A stretch of DNA of 63,124 bases, filler included, from Octopus bimaculoides (lineage: Eukaryota), in assembly GCF_001194135.2 (NCBI RefSeq). It is 7 parts of 7 records of this genome, joined end to end, with 100 filler letters (N's around TTAATTAATTAA, not from the genome) between each part and the next. Parts side by side here need not be neighbours in the genome. Positions count along the whole stretch, not along the records: positions 60,451 to 61,875 come from NW_026338724.1; positions 61,976 to 63,124 come from NW_026392276.1; 5 more parts are not named here. One strand, 5' to 3'. The notes beneath the pieces are model-generated. The model did not search any database, had not been told where the DNA came from, and saw only the letters and a list, made by a program, of their open reading frames with translations. This document shows, piece after piece, positions 60,451-63,124 of the stretch (within the stretch, counting starts at the first letter, position 1; each line of letters opens with the position of its first letter). The translations under genes were made by a program, and so were the position numbers.

Positions 60451-60820
60451 TAAGCGGTGTAAAGCGTATTTAATCTCCACAACTTTTCATTTTAAATTTG
60501 CTTTTTTCATTTTCTTTTCTTTTTCTTCGTTTTATTTGATTTTTTTTTTTTAAATTTGCTGTTTTACCCTAACCCTAACCCTAACCGTTTGTTTATGTAG
60601 TCGGCACTTAATGTATATCGGCTGAATGGATGTCAGTGATTGGTTGAAATTACAGAAATACAACAACTTTAACATGGAATAACTTAGGGATTTCTTTTTT
60701 TTTTAAGAAGACTAAGAGAAAAAGATGTTTTATATGACACATTCTACCAGTGTTCCAAGTTTCAAAGTGTTTCGTTAATGAAAAATGTGGCCCCCGTTTT
60801 AAAAAAGATGGGCCGCTACA
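60451..60820 (+). mobile_element. Telomere-repeat-bearing non-autonomous element, copy 2 (5' part lost in a gap)
   Basis: About three CCCTAA-type units at 60566-60586; block gtgattggttgaaattac...aaagatgttttatatgacacattcta...gtgttccaagttt shared with 8590-8735; terminal GC hairpin at 60786-60820. Confidence 0.6.
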
Positions 60821-60823
60821 GTT

Positions 60824-60971
60824 TGAGTTCAAATTCCACTGAGGTCGACTTTGCCTTTCGTCCTTTCGGGGGTCGATAAATTAAGTAGCAGTGAAATACT
60901 GGGGTTGATGTAAATGTAATCCACATATCCCCTCCCCTAAAATGGCTGCCCTTGTGGCAAAATTTGAAACC
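60824..60971 (+). mobile_element. SINE family D variant, 5'-truncated
   Basis: gagttcaaattccactgaggtcgactttgcctttcgtcctttcgggggtcgataaattaagta. Confidence 0.88.
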
Positions 60972-60985
60972 ATGATTATAGATTT

Positions 60986-61200
60986 GGTGAGCTAACAGAA
61001 TTGTTAGAACGTAAAGATAGACAAAATGTTGCTAAGCGTTTTGTCTGGCATATTGAGTTCAAATTCTGCTGAGGTCAACTTTGCCTTTAACCCTTTCGGG
61101 GGTCGGTAGAATAAGTACCAGTTGAGTCCTGGGTTTGATGTAATCGACTTGCTCCCGCCCCCCCCTCGAAATTCCTGGTCTTGTGCCAAAATTGGAAAGA
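60986..61200 (+). mobile_element. SINE family D variant, near full length, tandem to the previous copy
   Basis: ggtgagctaacagaattgttag...gagttcaaattctgctgaggtcaactttgcc...cttgtgccaaaatt. Confidence 0.85.
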
Positions 61201-61875
61201 ATTATTAATTATTATTATTATTACTATTATTGTTATTATCATTACAAATAATGATCTCATTTGCCACCAGGGTGACTTATGAGCCGGGTGGGGACAATTA
61301 TTATCACAGATAAAGCAATCTGTCTCGATTAAATTTGAAAATTGGCTTTCAGAATAAATCTTTACATAGACTGCTCTGTATGCGTGTGTGTGTGTAGACA
61401 TATATATATATATATATATATACAAATATATAAACATAAATATAAACACGCTCTCACATATATACACATATTTATGAGTGCAAAAATATTTGTAAGCATA
61501 CATATACATATGTATATATAAATCTAGAGTGTATATATACATATATATATATATATGTATATGTATATATATATCTATATATACGTACACCCACTCTAGA
61601 TTGATATATACATATGTATATGTATACTTACAAATATTTTTATGCTCATAAATATGTATATATATATACACACACACACACACACAAAATACATACATAT
61701 ATACATCTAAACATATATATCTAGATAGCTTGACAGATAGATATGGAAACGCACACATACACACACACACACACACGCACACACACATATGTATATAGAC
61801 ACACATGCATACACACATATATATATATATATATATATACATACATATATGCACATATAGAAATATATATATATA

Positions 61876-61975
61876 NNNNNNNNNNNNNNNNNNNNNNNNN
61901 NNNNNNNNNNNNNNNNNNNTTAATTAATTAANNNNNNNNNNNNNNNNNNNNNNNNNNNNNNNNNNNNNNNNNNNN
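61876..61975. other. Artificial scaffold spacer
   Basis: 44 N + TTAATTAATTAA (61920-61931) + 44 N. Confidence 0.95.
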
Positions 61976-62249
61976 TCACAAACACACACACACACAAAGC
62001 ACAATACACACACACACACACACATGTACATATATACACAAAAGTATACTTGCTGAATGAAAGAGAAAGAAGTTGATACTAAATGTTAGCATTGATTCAA
62101 AAGAAAGCAACACTAGCTGCAGTCGTACTCTTTTGTGTTCTAGAAAGTTCTTTCTTCAATTAATTTTCGACTGAGAAATATCTTCATTATTATAGTGAGT
62201 TGAAGAGCAAAGATGTATTACACACATTCTATAGCCTTTGTTGTTGTAA

Positions 62250-62290
<41 letters not shown>

Positions 62291-62780
62291 CTTCATTGAC
62301 TGGAAATAGAGTAAACTAATTTTGACAGACTGTTAAATATGTAGATAAACGTCTTTTTTTTGTATGTAATTAAACACACATATATACATTTACATTGGAG
62401 TGTACAAATAAGAATACTCAATAGAAACAAGTAGAGTATATATATCCCTTTACTATATATGCTGAGAATATTCTTCAATATAACTAAACTTTCTCTTTTC
62501 CAATCCTCAGACAATGAACAAAAATATTCTCATTGTAAGAGGGTCAGTGATACGAAACTACTACTTGCACAATGAAGGCATATTCTAATATTCATAGCTT
62601 ATAATAATACATGCAGTATTCCCACACCATCTTCCTCTCTCTGTCTCTCTCTTTTTTCAACTAGGGAAGCCATGTGTTCCTTTGTTCAAGACATCTGTTC
62701 CTGTCGTCTATCATACTTTCATGTTCTTCTTCTACATTATACCCCACTCAATGAAGAGTCTTGTTTTGTTGTGAGTACAT

Positions 62781-62970
62781 GGTGACCTCTGGTGCCACAA
62801 AAGAAAGCACTCAGCACACTCTGTAAAGTGATTAGCATTAGGAAAGGCATCCAGCTGTAGAAACCAAACCAAAGCAGACATTGCAGTTTGGTGCAGCCCA
62901 CTGGCTCATGGATTCCTGTTGAACCACCCAACCCATGCCAGCATGAACAAAGGGACATTAAAAGATGAGG
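62781..62970 (+). mobile_element. Retroelement 3'-tail family copy
   Basis: ggtgccac...cacactctgtaaag...ggcatccagctgtagaaacc...cccatgccagcatg, shared with 53785-53990. Confidence 0.75.
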
Positions 62971-63124
62971 TGGGGGTGTGGGGGTGGAGGAGGAGGTAAT
63001 AGTGTATAAAGAAAAGTATTGTATGAAGAAAAGTAAAGGATATGCAATTAAAAGATATAAAATAATTTTAAAAAAATATATATATATATATAAAAACAAA
63101 AGTAAATGAGTATATGCATATATA

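Overview
Repeat-dominated, AT-rich animal genomic DNA from a gapped draft assembly. The SINE families and the very high (TA)n/(CA)n/(GAT)n density point to an octopus-like coleoid cephalopod (inference). I found no host protein-coding gene, RNA gene or CRISPR array; almost every ORF in the track is a translation of microsatellites, N-gaps or antisense transposon sequence. The window holds: (1) a full-length but dead pogo-superfamily DNA transposon (3043-5861; 26-bp TIRs, TA duplication, DD35D, C-terminal PHD finger) nested in the endonuclease region of an R4/Dong-like LINE, followed by a second R4/Dong-like LINE with RT and zinc knuckle; (2) three decayed Penelope-like elements plus weaker remnants; (3) a Tigger-like and RTE-like fragments; (4) more than 20 copies of four tRNA-derived SINE families; (5) two copies of a non-autonomous element carrying telomere-like (CCCTAA)n; (6) six artificial 100-bp scaffold spacers. 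The best leads are the nested PHD-bearing transposon, the telomere-repeat element with different 3' ends, a CpG-poor block at 47.3-58.9 kb, a TATGCRRTTAA motif cluster at 59.6-59.8 kb and a diverged ~290-bp duplication. I cannot support a wholly new biological system from this sequence alone. All family calls come from hand translation and remembered motifs, not database searches.
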